A stretch of 64,000 bases of DNA from Acidobacteriota bacterium (GCA_019244185.1 JAFATB010000019.1:160001-224000), one strand, 5' to 3'; shown: positions 31,120-40,952, counted from the first letter of the stretch. The notes: a model not told the origin generated them from the letters alone. Program-made: numbers and translations.

Positions 31120-31682
31120 AGGTCGCCGAGGCGAACGCGCGCGCGGAGAAGGCCAAGGAGATCGCTCGCGAGCAAGCCAACGTCCAACTCCTGACCGCGA
31201 AGGTGCAATCCGCTGAACTCAAGGCGCGTCTCGATGCGCTCGAAGCGCCGCGGAAAGAGGCGGCGAGACAGGCGAAGGCGGGGCCGGCCACGAGACCGTT
31301 GCCCGTCGATCGCGTGCAAGCTGCTCTCGACGCCAAGGCGGACGCTGCGCGGAAGAAGAATGAAAGCGACGCCGCGCGCATCGTTCGCGACGTGCAGATC
31401 GGCGCCGTCGCCGCCGACGAGCAGCACCCGTACGACGGCTACGCGGGCTGCATCTACCTCGCGGCGAAGCTCGACGATGGCCTGACGAGCGCGGAGGCCG
31501 CGGATCGCACGCGCGAAGCCGTGCTCGCGATGATGCTCGGCACCGACGTCTCGCCCGAGCAGGTCGCGCTCTACTACACGGCGTATGAGGCGCTGAAGGA
31601 GCGCGCGGCGGCTGCCGCCAAGCGCAGCGAAGCCACGGAGCTCTTCGCCGCCGCCGAGGCCCTCACCGGAGGTGTGCAGTGA
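31116..31682 (+). CDS. Coiled-coil hypothetical protein
   Basis: Ala/Glu/Lys-rich helical ORF coupled by GTGA overlaps. Confidence 0.7.
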   Translation: MKVAEANARAEKAKEIAREQANVQLLTAKVQSAELKARLDALEAPRKEAARQAKAGPATRPLPVDRVQAALDAKADAARKKNESDAARIVRDVQIGAVAADEQHPYDGYAGCIYLAAKLDDGLTSAEAADRTREAVLAMMLGTDVSPEQVALYYTAYEALKERAAAAAKRSEATELFAAAEALTGGVQ

Positions 31683-33529
31683 GCCGGCAACGTCGAACGG
31701 TGCGCCGCCACGTGACCGAGCCCGTGATCGTCCTCGGCACCGAGATAGGGACCGGGAAGGTGTACGCGCTCCGCCACGCCGCCTTCCAGCGCGGCGTCCA
31801 CATCCTCGGCGCGATCGGAGCCGGCAAGACCTCGCTCCTGCTCCGCCTCCTCTACGGTATCGGCACGCGGTACCCGTGGGTGCTCCACGACTTCATCGGC
31901 ACCGGCCATCGCCGGTTGCAAGCGTGGGTCGCGTACCTCGCCACCACCTTCGCGCTCGCAGAACGTTGGTGCCCCGATATGACCGGGAGCACGGCGCGCT
32001 TTCTCTCCCGGTACGCATTCCTCACCATCGGCGACGCGAATCCCGCCATTCGGATCGATCTCCTCCGGCGCCGGCGCCTCCCGGACGGCACCCTGGAGAG
32101 CGTGCGCGACGTGACGGGGCGTGCGCTCGAGATCTTCTTCGCGAAGCTGAACGACCCGGACGCGGCACTCCGGGTCCGCTTCCGAAGGATCGCCACGGCC
32201 GTCCTCGCGTGCATGGTCGCCGCCGAACGGTCCATTACAGAGGCCTATCTCGTGCTCGACGACCCGATGTACGTGTCGTTCCTCGAACGCGAGCTCGCCA
32301 AGCGCAGGTTCCGGCGCTCCGACCATCGCTTCCTCATCCACCAGCTCGCGGAACTGCACCACGTGCTCGCGCTCCGACCATCGGACCCGACGAAAAGCTG
32401 GCGCGCCTTCGAGGACATGACCGAGTCCACGCGAAACAGCTTCTCCGACTGCGCGCCCGGCACACTCATGGGCGAGATCCTCGGCGACGAGACCTTCCCG
32501 CTCGAAGCCGTCGCGTACGGCCGCACGTCGCTCTCCGTCACGACGCGGCATGCCGACGAGACGCTGAAGAGCCAGATTTTCCAAGCCCTCCACGGCATGC
32601 TCCACGCGCTCTTCCTCGCCCGCCCCGACATCGCCGGTCTGCCGCCGCTCACGTACATCGTCGACGAGCCGCGCTGGGTACGCCGCAACTTCCCGGGCGT
32701 CCTCGCCGTCTCCCGGAATCTCGGCGTCTCCTACGTGATCGCGCATCAAGCCCGGAACCAATTCGAAGACCTTGGCCTCCGCACGCTTCCCGACCAACTG
32801 CGCTCACTCACGAATCTCCAGATCGCGTTCCGCCCAACCTCCTTCGCCGATGCCGAGGACGAGACGCTTCATACGCACGACATCCGTCCGGACGGCCTCG
32901 TGCTGCGGTTCATGACCTCCAGCTCGTCCGACGCGACCACGGATTCCTACGCCATCCATTCGGCGTGGAACGGCCTGATCCGGCCGTTCGGCAGCGACTC
33001 GACCTGGTCGAGCGGCTCCACGTACGCCACGGCCGAGCATGAGAGCGTCCATCCCGTCGGCTTTCAGGATCAAGTCCGGTATCTCGCAGCTGCCGCCCTC
33101 CGGCGTCCGCGCTTCACCGGCTCCGTCATCGCCGACGGGATCGGGACGGAGGTCGCCTTCGCAGCCGCGCCGGTGTTTCCGTCGGATATCGGAGGCGTGC
33201 CCGTCCTCGACTACTTTCGGACGTGGCACGACCGCTACTGGTGGAGCTGTCTCGTTCCGCGCGCCCCGTACGAGCCGCACGGCTCCATCGTCGTCGACGT
33301 CTCGCCGGTCGCTCCGGCGGCGCAGGAGGAGGCGCACGGCGTCACTGTCGCTCCAACAGCGCCGCCCGCCGCGGAACAGACCACCGCGTCGACCGCGGCT
33401 CCGACGCTCCCTGATGCCACGCCAGCTCCATCCACGCAGCCGGTCGCGCCGCCGTCGTATCAAGCCGCTGATCGGCGCGGCCGACGCACGCCGCGACGGC
33501 GGCAGCGACGCCGTGGAGCAGCTCAGTGA
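31679..33529 (+). CDS. TraD/VirD4/HerA-like coupling ATPase
   Basis: HILGAIGAGKT Walker A, YIVDE Walker B, IAHQ..Q motif; Pro/Ala tail. Confidence 0.8.
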   Translation: MSRQRRTVRRHVTEPVIVLGTEIGTGKVYALRHAAFQRGVHILGAIGAGKTSLLLRLLYGIGTRYPWVLHDFIGTGHRRLQAWVAYLATTFALAERWCPDMTGSTARFLSRYAFLTIGDANPAIRIDLLRRRRLPDGTLESVRDVTGRALEIFFAKLNDPDAALRVRFRRIATAVLACMVAAERSITEAYLVLDDPMYVSFLERELAKRRFRRSDHRFLIHQLAELHHVLALRPSDPTKSWRAFEDMTESTRNSFSDCAPGTLMGEILGDETFPLEAVAYGRTSLSVTTRHADETLKSQIFQALHGMLHALFLARPDIAGLPPLTYIVDEPRWVRRNFPGVLAVSRNLGVSYVIAHQARNQFEDLGLRTLPDQLRSLTNLQIAFRPTSFADAEDETLHTHDIRPDGLVLRFMTSSSSDATTDSYAIHSAWNGLIRPFGSDSTWSSGSTYATAEHESVHPVGFQDQVRYLAAAALRRPRFTGSVIADGIGTEVAFAAAPVFPSDIGGVPVLDYFRTWHDRYWWSCLVPRAPYEPHGSIVVDVSPVAPAAQEEAHGVTVAPTAPPAAEQTTASTAAPTLPDATPAPSTQPVAPPSYQAADRRGRRTPRRRQRRRGAAQ

Positions 33530-34452
33530 CTGAGCCGCGCTTCTCGCGCCTCCATCGTGATCCGGCGCTCCTCCCGCTCGTATTGCAGGACCGGGATCTC
33601 GCGGTCCTGCACGACCTCTTCTTCTTTCGATTCGCGACAACGCCGGCGCTGCTGCGAACTGCTGAGTGGGCGGGCGGTGGCGCGGGCCTCCAATACTTCG
33701 TGAAGCGCCTGACGGCGCTGTGGAAAGCAGGCTACATCGAACGCTTTGCCGGCCGGCAGAGCGCGTACCTTCGTGGTTCGGAGCCGTTCGTCTACACAAT
33801 CGGGTCGGGCAAGGCGACAGCTGCCGTGCGAACCGGGCTGCGGCCGATGGACATATCGCCGGAACGCTGGCGGCAGGTGCTCCGCGAGGCCGCACCTGCG
33901 CGGGATCGGGCGCGGTACGCGCTCGGGCTCCTTGGCATCGACGCGGCGGAGATTGAGCGCGTCCTCCACAACAACACCGAGCTCGCCCTTCGCCACTACG
34001 CGGGTGAGGGTTCCGGCGTTCGTCACCGCGTCCTCGCCGCGGACTGCCTTTCGCGCTGCTGGCTCGATGCGCGCATGCGCGGGCAGAGAATTGACGGCGT
34101 TCTGCCTGACGGCGTCGCCGATCTCACGTTTCAAGAGCCGGAACCGCGCCGATTCCGGGACCTGATTACCGCACAGGGAGTCGTGCGAATCCGTCCGGAT
34201 TGCCTCTTCACGATTGCTGGAACCCGCTACGCACTTGAAGCGGAGACCGGCACCTCGAACGCGGCGAAGTTGGGCTCGAAGCTCGCGCGCTACGCGCGAC
34301 GCCTCGCCGTCGCAGATCCTTGCCTACGTGTCGTCGTCTGCTGTGCAACAGATGCCCACTGCCGCCTCGTCCTCGACATCCTGCAGCATCTCCACGTGCC
34401 TGTGGCGTCGATCATGGTCGGACAAGCCGATTCGCTCGTGCTCACTCGATAA
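33526..34452 (+). CDS. Replication-relaxation family protein
   Basis: LQDRDLAVLHDL..RFATT winged helix, HRVL, IRPD, LEAETGT and KLARY pattern typical of Replic_Relax. Confidence 0.8.
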   Translation: MTEPRFSRLHRDPALLPLVLQDRDLAVLHDLFFFRFATTPALLRTAEWAGGGAGLQYFVKRLTALWKAGYIERFAGRQSAYLRGSEPFVYTIGSGKATAAVRTGLRPMDISPERWRQVLREAAPARDRARYALGLLGIDAAEIERVLHNNTELALRHYAGEGSGVRHRVLAADCLSRCWLDARMRGQRIDGVLPDGVADLTFQEPEPRRFRDLITAQGVVRIRPDCLFTIAGTRYALEAETGTSNAAKLGSKLARYARRLAVADPCLRVVVCCATDAHCRLVLDILQHLHVPVASIMVGQADSLVLTR

Positions 34453-34467
34453 TGCCCCACCATTGCC

Positions 34468-35745
34468 CTACGGACGGACGTCGACTTTCGCAGAGACGAC
34501 TCCTTTCAGCACCCAGCCCCACGATTCGTCCACCGGATACTGTTCCGGCACAAATCGCCGTTGCTCCTCCGTCAGCTCGTCGACGGCGATCCCGACGAAG
34601 ACCTCGTAAAGCCCGGTGGTCTTAAACTCATGCTCGACACTCATCGCGGGCCCGAACGCGATGATGTCAGCCCCAGGTCGGTTCGGCTGCTCGCCGAAAC
34701 TCACGTAGTACTTTGTGTGATTGCTCCGAAACTGCGGCGCCGGCTCGATCCGGAGGCTTACCCAACGCGGCCGACCGTTCACCTGCTTCACCGTGAACGT
34801 GGTCTGCGTTAAGGGGTCGTGCAACGTTTCGCCCGGGCGTGTCGTCCTGAAGCTGGCGTCGATGCGATCTTTTAGCTCTTGGTGACCAGGCCAAAGGTAG
34901 AGGTCCGGCCGATCGCCCGTCCATTTCGCAGGGCGCACGGCGTACGTAAAACCGAGAAAGATCCTCGTCTGCACCTTCGGTGGTAGGGCACAAAACGCGG
35001 CGCCAAGCGTGAGGAGCGAGATCGCGATGATGCCAACCTGCTTCGCTGCCTTCGTGAGCGTTTCCCACCACGTCACCGTATCGTTGACGGTCAACAGCCC
35101 TGGGTTTTCGCCGAGCAGCCGAACGATGCGGAGGGGAAGGTACCCAAGCGCTTGCCGGACGACTGCAAGCACGCGATTAATCTCCGTGCGCAGGCGCGTG
35201 TCATCGTCGGCGAGGGCCGCGTCAAGGCGGTAGTTCGGGTTCTCGATCGCGACCTCCGGGTTCGCACGAATTTCAAGCTCCCGCCCATCACGGGAGATGG
35301 ACGCCGAAATCCCCGCGCCCACTCCACGCCGCGCACCGCGGCCGCGATCATTGGGCCGAAAGAACCACACGCGTACGTCGTAGATGCCCGCGGTATCGCT
35401 CGTTCGATTGGTCTTTTTCGCATCCATCCATGCGCGGTGGGCGTCGTCCCACCGCGAGAACGTGCCCGCCGGATCGATGTTCGCCTTTCCTTTCCGTTGC
35501 GCGGACCAAAGCGCACCGATCGTCGCGTAGTCGCACGCCCCGATCGGTGCTTCCCCCCGGATGCAGCTGGCGAGCGCGCGGGTCGTGATGAAGTTGAAGA
35601 GGAAGGCTCGCGACGACGCTTCGCTGTCCGCGAGCAGACCACGCGTCTCTAGATACACGCGGATTTCCTCGAAGGCTTCGATGAGCAGCGGCACAGCAAT
35701 CGCCGCGTCAAGGGCCGCCGCAGTGTTGCCTGCCTTGGAAGGCAA
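34468..35745 (-). CDS. Single-pass membrane hypothetical protein with PKD-like C-terminus
   Basis: TTG at 35745 after GAGGAGG; TM VGIIAISLLTLGAAFCAL; YYVSFGE...EHEFKTTGLYEV. Confidence 0.65.
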   Translation of the reverse strand: MPSKAGNTAAALDAAIAVPLLIEAFEEIRVYLETRGLLADSEASSRAFLFNFITTRALASCIRGEAPIGACDYATIGALWSAQRKGKANIDPAGTFSRWDDAHRAWMDAKKTNRTSDTAGIYDVRVWFFRPNDRGRGARRGVGAGISASISRDGRELEIRANPEVAIENPNYRLDAALADDDTRLRTEINRVLAVVRQALGYLPLRIVRLLGENPGLLTVNDTVTWWETLTKAAKQVGIIAISLLTLGAAFCALPPKVQTRIFLGFTYAVRPAKWTGDRPDLYLWPGHQELKDRIDASFRTTRPGETLHDPLTQTTFTVKQVNGRPRWVSLRIEPAPQFRSNHTKYYVSFGEQPNRPGADIIAFGPAMSVEHEFKTTGLYEVFVGIAVDELTEEQRRFVPEQYPVDESWGWVLKGVVSAKVDVRP

Positions 35746-36294
35746 GGTTGCCTCCTCGATCTTGCCCAGGCCGCATTCGCACCGCCGTGAAAATCTCTGG
35801 CGTGAACGCTTCAAGCTCCTGGCCCGGCCCGATCCTGACGACGTTGCGTGCACTTCGGGCGCACGTGCATGGTCGTCGGCTTCGGTCCTGTCGCTCCAAC
35901 AGTCCTCACTCTCGTTCTTGCGGCTCGCACGAGCAGCGCGCGGCTTTCGCGTGCCGCGAGAACGGTACGAGCGCCGCGCGCGGCATTCGTGTCCCTCCAA
36001 CGCCGCAGCTTCGATTCATTCAGACTATCTTACATAAGGAGTTCCTGCGTTACATAGGGGCGATTGGAAGGTGGCATGTGGAAGTCGGCTCACCGCCCAA
36101 TGCCTCACCCGTTCAACCGCGTCGGGAGCCGGCTGACCGCCTGACTCACTACGAGAACGAGGCGGCTTGGTGTTAGAGCACCAGCACCGCCTCGGTCACG
36201 GTCGTACCACACGGGCCGACCGACCTTCTCGACGCCTGCCGAACGCGTGACGAGCGCGTCTCGGCAGCTACTCAGTACCGTGAAGGAGCACGAT

Positions 36295-37019
36295 ATGACG
36301 AGCCTTGAAGGCACTCGCAAAGTACGCGATTCACAAGATTTCGCAAGTGGTGAGCGTGATCGCACCACACCAAATCATCTTCTGTGGCGTCCAGCGGAGG
36401 AAGCCGAACGGCCTCCGCGTAACAGCTCCCACGCGCAGCGTGGCGGGTCGGCCCACGGCCCGACGGGTACCGCCTCTGTGCTCACTGCGGGGCGCCGGTC
36501 GGACGACCGGAGCTGATCGCGATCCCCGCGAATGTCCGGACCTGCTTTCCGCTCGGTCCGAACGGAGGCGTGCTGATATGGCGACGCGTCCCTGGAACGA
36601 AAAAGTGGGTCCAGATCGAATACTTTCCACCCGATGACGAGCGCGATCAGTATGTTCCGGTCGATCCGCTGCTGAACTGCGAGGCCGCGGCGATCACGCT
36701 CGGACTGACCCTCAAGGCGCTGTACCCACGCGCCCCCTTCATGGCGTCCTCCGAAAAGCACGGAAGCCGGTGGTTCTTCCATCGAGATACCCTCCTCGCA
36801 ATCGACGCCGCGACCGAGCGCGCGATGCCCTCACGACGCGAGGTGCTCGCCGGGCGCGAAGCACGGCGCCGCCGCGGAGAGGGCCGTCGCGGGGGATCTC
36901 ATTCAGCCGCCTGCGACCGCCGCCATGGCGGCAGATGCCATCCGGCGCCGCAGCGAATTCCCTCATCGGAGGACGGCGCGGCGGTCACGCGTTCGATCTT
37001 GGACGATCTTGGGAAATGA
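36295..37019 (+). pseudogene. Frameshifted Cys-motif plus HTH_17/excisionase-like protein (or an intact gene from GTG 36570)
   Basis: GAAGGAG-ATG at 36295. The 36570 frame is open from 36423 and contains CAHCG...TCF and LLNCEAAAITLGLTLKALY...GSRWFF. Confidence 0.5.
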
Positions 37020-37078
37020 GTCGCGCCGGCCTGCCGTCAGGCTCGGCCGGCCGTATTCACCCATTCTTGTTGCACGAA

Positions 37079-37107
37079 GGTAGGGAAGTGCTCGGATCGG
37101 TCACTCC
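37079..37107 (+). promoter_or_regulatory. GGTAGGGAA-N11-GGTCACTCC motif, copy 1
   Basis: Exact bipartite match to the copies at 45274 and 57773; upstream of the recombinase. Confidence 0.75.
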
Positions 37108-37172
37108 TAGAGAGGTAGCCTCGGGCGGTCGAATCCGCTATGTCTCCGCGCATGAAGGAAATGCGAGGACAT

Positions 37173-37766
37173 ATGCAAGAGGGTGCCTACCAGGTCCGTA
37201 ACTCGGAGTTTCATCTCACGCCCGAAGAGCTTTCGACGCTCATCGCAGGCGCGCAGTCGGAGAGAGATCGTCTCATGGTGTTGGTCTTGGCGTTTACAGG
37301 AATTCGCCGCGCGGAGCTGCGCAGCCTTCGGCCCGCCGATATCGACAGCGTCACGGAACGCCTCATCGTGCGTCGCGGCAAGGGCGGCAAGCAGCGCATC
37401 GTCTTTCTGCCAAAGCGCGTCGCCTTGGATGTATGCCGGTACGCAGGAGCGCACGCGGAGGCGTTCGTGTTCCCAGGCCGAAACGGCGGCCCCATGTCGC
37501 TGCGCAACATCAACTACATCCTCACGCGTGTCGGGAAACACGCGGGCGTGGCCACGCCAAATCCGCGATATGTCGGCATCGGCCCGCATCTCCTGCGCCA
37601 CTCGTTCGCCCGAAACTGGAAGCGGAGCGGCGGCTCCATCGAGTCGCTGCAAAAAATGCTCGGTCACGCGAGCGCGAAGACAACACTGGATTGCTACGGA
37701 ACGGAGGACTTGCGCGAAGTTGAAGCAAACTACCGCGAGCGTTGCTCGCGGCTCGTTTCGAGCTAG
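37173..37766 (+). CDS. Small tyrosine recombinase (catalytic domain only)
   Basis: TGIRRAEL, GKGGKQR, HLLRHSFA and LGH...LDCY motifs. Alternative start 37140. Confidence 0.92.
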   Translation: MQEGAYQVRNSEFHLTPEELSTLIAGAQSERDRLMVLVLAFTGIRRAELRSLRPADIDSVTERLIVRRGKGGKQRIVFLPKRVALDVCRYAGAHAEAFVFPGRNGGPMSLRNINYILTRVGKHAGVATPNPRYVGIGPHLLRHSFARNWKRSGGSIESLQKMLGHASAKTTLDCYGTEDLREVEANYRERCSRLVSS

Positions 37767-37798
37767 TTTGCTCACTTTCGCCAGAGTAGGAAAAGCTC

Positions 37799-39208
37799 GT
37801 GCTGACCGTCGCCATCGTTCTGTTCTTCGTCACCACCCTTCTCATCGTTCAGGTGGCTATACGAAACCGCCCGCTCAAGTTGTACCGGCCGCTCGATGAC
37901 GATGACGTACCGTTTCCAGCTGCTGGACAAGCGAGCACCGTGTTTTCCCTCGCGGCGCTCTTTGGCTGCTACCCAGGCATCTTTCTCCTGATCGGGGGAA
38001 TTGGATTCGTGGGTGTTGCCGGCGGCAGCGCGGCCGCCCTACTACTCATCCGCGCGGCGCAGGCAGGTCACGAAGGCGGCTACGAGACGTTTCTCGAGGA
38101 TTTTCGCGACCGCTTTCGGGACACAGGGACGTTTTTCTTCGCGCTCTTCATCCTTCAGATTGGCTTTGCCATCTCTGAACTCGTCTTTCTACGGGTTGTA
38201 CTCCTACTCGCATTCGGCCTCAGTCCGAGCACGGCCAGCTACGCGGCGCTCGCCGTAGCAGTCGTTGGTTACTGCTACTGCCTCACGGGTGGCTATAACA
38301 CGGTCTTTCGCACAGACATTGTCCAACTTCTGACGGTCGCCGGGATGTGCCTGCTTCTCCTCGGCGCGCTCGCGACCTCACTCAGTCTTCCTGAATTCCT
38401 GACTGCCGCCGGAGCCAAGATGGTGCATCACGGTGGGTACTGGACGGCGGGATTCTTCCGATGGTCGTGGGTTGAACGCATCCTCGACTTCTCCTCCGGT
38501 TTCCTGCTTGGCTTTGCATTCCTACTCGTGAGCCCCGACACATGGAAACGGGTCTACATCGTTAGTCGCGTCCCGTCGCGTCGTGGCATCTCCCTCCTAT
38601 TCGTGGCGGCGGCATTCCCGTTCGTTGCAATCACGCCACTCGTTCTCGCGCTGCCAAATCTTCCACACGGCGTCGTCGACCCAACGGTGTTCCTCCAGCG
38701 CCTGGCCGGCAACCGAATCCTTCTTGGCGCAACGCTTATCGGTGTCTTCGCCAGCTTCCTCTCGTCATTCGACAGCGCGCTCATCGCAGCAACGCATGTG
38801 AGTCTCCTCTCGGCGCGTCGCGCGCGGCCTGCACTCGAAGAACTTGACCGGTTCCGATATCTAGCCGCGCTTCACTTCGTGATTGTGTCGCTGGTCTTTG
38901 TCATCGGGAGTCGCTTCGGAAATCCTGGGATTATGGCTACGATCCTCATGGGAACGTATCCCGTGCTCGGAGGCCTGCTGATCGGAACCCGCGCGGGCAC
39001 CCGCAATCTCCCGTCGGGAGCGTTCGGACTAGTCTTCCTTCTCGGCTGTGTCGCGTGGATTGTCTTCACGATGAGCGACGAAATGCGGTTCGAGGTGGGC
39101 CGGACGACAGACCTGAACTTCGTGCCGGCCGCTGGCTGTGTGCTCCTGGCATCCGCGGCGATGTCATGGATTCTCTCTTGGATTCCGCAGCAGCGGGAGG
39201 ACGAATGA
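37799..39208 (+). CDS. Divergent sodium:solute symporter-like membrane protein
   Basis: About 12-13 TM segments; Y...GGYNTVFRTDIVQ, PDTWKR and ASFLSSFDSAL match SSS-family patterns. Confidence 0.7.
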   Translation: MLTVAIVLFFVTTLLIVQVAIRNRPLKLYRPLDDDDVPFPAAGQASTVFSLAALFGCYPGIFLLIGGIGFVGVAGGSAAALLLIRAAQAGHEGGYETFLEDFRDRFRDTGTFFFALFILQIGFAISELVFLRVVLLLAFGLSPSTASYAALAVAVVGYCYCLTGGYNTVFRTDIVQLLTVAGMCLLLLGALATSLSLPEFLTAAGAKMVHHGGYWTAGFFRWSWVERILDFSSGFLLGFAFLLVSPDTWKRVYIVSRVPSRRGISLLFVAAAFPFVAITPLVLALPNLPHGVVDPTVFLQRLAGNRILLGATLIGVFASFLSSFDSALIAATHVSLLSARRARPALEELDRFRYLAALHFVIVSLVFVIGSRFGNPGIMATILMGTYPVLGGLLIGTRAGTRNLPSGAFGLVFLLGCVAWIVFTMSDEMRFEVGRTTDLNFVPAAGCVLLASAAMSWILSWIPQQREDE

Positions 39209-39795
39209 CTGACTTCGTTCTCGGCTACGCCGAGAAGCTTTGGGATCGCACGACGCCGGAGTATCGCGCCTTAGTCGTCGCGTTCATCCTCGCCCCCACA
39301 ATGGGCGCACTTCTCATCTGGTTGGCCGGGCCAGCGCCCTCCACGCATGCAACAATTTCCCCACCGCTGAACGTCATGCCACTTCGAGCACATGCAGCCG
39401 GACCGCGAGACCCCGCCACCACGGTCGTAATCGTGCAGCCGACGGAGGCGACCTTTACGATGCCATGGACAAGGCCACTAAGCGCCCTTCCCACGTCCCT
39501 CAGCGAGGAGCAGTGGCGAGGAAACACGGCGAAGATCTCGCAATCAAACCGTACAATTTCCATTGTCGTGCCGCTCGCTGGGGTGCAGGAACCCTTTGTC
39601 TTTCTGACGCAAGACGCGCCGCCGGATGCGGTGGAAATTTCAGGGCGAAAGTATGCGATGGCAGACTTGCGACTCCGTTCGCAGCAGGCAACCGACATTC
39701 TTCTTGGGGTGCTAATCTCCGCCGCGTTCGCTCTCGGCGTCGGCGTGTCGACTGCCAGCATTCCGATCCAGGCGCAGGAGCACGGAAGCGGTTAA
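39205..39795 (+). CDS. Two-TM hypothetical protein
   Basis: GGAGG-ATG with ATGA overlap; N- and C-terminal TM segments. Confidence 0.65.
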   Translation: MTDFVLGYAEKLWDRTTPEYRALVVAFILAPTMGALLIWLAGPAPSTHATISPPLNVMPLRAHAAGPRDPATTVVIVQPTEATFTMPWTRPLSALPTSLSEEQWRGNTAKISQSNRTISIVVPLAGVQEPFVFLTQDAPPDAVEISGRKYAMADLRLRSQQATDILLGVLISAAFALGVGVSTASIPIQAQEHGSG

Positions 39796-40038
39796 CACCG
39801 TGCAGAGGAATACGAGAATGGGATCGTTGAGCGGAACTCCGAGATATCGCGGCCCTGGATCGTTGTGTGCCCACGCCCGCCAGTGGAGTAAGAACGGATC
39901 CCATGGAAAGAAGATGAGCGCCACGGCGATGGCCGTACGTAGCACCGCGAGGATCTCTCGCCGTGAACGCACACAACTCACGAGAGCGATGATCGCGGCG
40001 ATCCCGACGCCGAGGTTGAGGACCGAATAGCGTGTCAT
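39712..40038 (-). CDS. Lycopene cyclase domain protein (CrtYd-like)
   Basis: 108 aa, hydrophobic; WD...W...GPRYLGVPLND pattern. Confidence 0.7.
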   Translation of the reverse strand: MTRYSVLNLGVGIAAIIALVSCVRSRREILAVLRTAIAVALIFFPWDPFLLHWRAWAHNDPGPRYLGVPLNDPILVFLCTVLTASVLLRLDRNAGSRHADAESERGGD

Positions 40039-40343
40039 GTCCGCGCTCCTCGCCGAAGTGTGTTGCGCAGAACGAGTCTCGTGATGACGGTATGACCAAA
40101 GAGCGCTAACCATTCCTCCAGGGGCAACCGCGCGACACGAATCGGCAAGGTACCTTCAGCCGGGAAGTACCAGACACCCGTCTCGAGCGCGATCTGATCG
40201 ACGATGAACCAGAGCGCGATAAGCACAACCGACGTACTCCAGAGTCGTCCCGAGCGAAGGTCTTCCAACGTAACCGCGGGCCACGCGAACGACATCACGG
40301 CCGCAAGCAACGCGAGATCGAAGTAGAGGTAGTCGATGTTCAT
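40035..40343 (-). CDS. Lycopene cyclase domain protein (CrtYc-like)
   Basis: 102 aa, hydrophobic; DQIALETGVWYF...LPLEE pattern; ATGA-coupled to its partner. Confidence 0.75.
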   Translation of the reverse strand: MNIDYLYFDLALLAAVMSFAWPAVTLEDLRSGRLWSTSVVLIALWFIVDQIALETGVWYFPAEGTLPIRVARLPLEEWLALFGHTVITRLVLRNTLRRGART

Positions 40344-40520
40344 TTCCCACTTTGGCGAAAGTGTGAAATGACGCTTACCTGCGCCCCCGATAGGAGGATT
40401 TCGACCGTTTCCGCAGATCGTCCGCCGCTGACTACTACAATGGTTTCCGCGACGGGAGATTTTGCACAGCACTCGGCTACGCGCCGCACTGATCTTTCTC
40501 AAACCTCTATCCCCACACCT

Positions 40521-40952
40521 ATGGCGATCAACATTCGCATGGTCGGAATGGTCACGGACGCCGTTCGCAGCCTCACGTTCACCCGCTCGGGTCTTCCGCG
40601 GTTCCGATTCGGCGTCCGCGTCGGAACCGTTCGCCCGAAGCAGTACGCCGTGACGCTCTATGGCCCGATGGCGCGGTTCGCAGACACCGCCCTTCGTACC
40701 GGGCAACGCATCCGCGTCGAAGGCGCGTACCTCCGTCGGTCGTCGCCGTACGAAGGTCTCGTGCGCGCAGACATGATTCGCCACGTCGGCCGCGCGGTGC
40801 CTCCGTACTTCGGAACCATGGTGCGGTTCGTTCCCGGAGCGCCGCCGACGCCGGCCGCCGCGCGGCCTCTCGCCGCCGATGCAGACCATCGCTCGGCGCA
40901 TGCGGTCAAGACCGCGCGCGTCATTGCTGACGCGATCGCGGCGGCGGTCTAA
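40521..40952 (+). CDS. Divergent SSB-like OB-fold protein
   Basis: INIRMVG...TRSG..RFRFGV...VTLYGPMA....LRTGQRIRVEG matches the SSB OB-fold pattern. Confidence 0.7.
   Translation: MAINIRMVGMVTDAVRSLTFTRSGLPRFRFGVRVGTVRPKQYAVTLYGPMARFADTALRTGQRIRVEGAYLRRSSPYEGLVRADMIRHVGRAVPPYFGTMVRFVPGAPPTPAAARPLAADADHRSAHAVKTARVIADAIAAAV

Noticed and set aside
32789-32797. CCCGACCAA as attR copy of the tRNA 3' end
   Set aside because: Only about 9 bp and inside a CDS; expected by chance.
36076-36087. ATGTGGAAGTCG shared with the unit-3 3' arm (42335)
   Set aside because: A lone 12-mer match is common in 64 kb and I found no matching 5' arm upstream.
40369-40382. TGACGCTTACCTGC as an extra half-site for the FimB-like recombinase
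   Set aside because: Two mismatches, one inside the spacer region, and no second arm; too weak.
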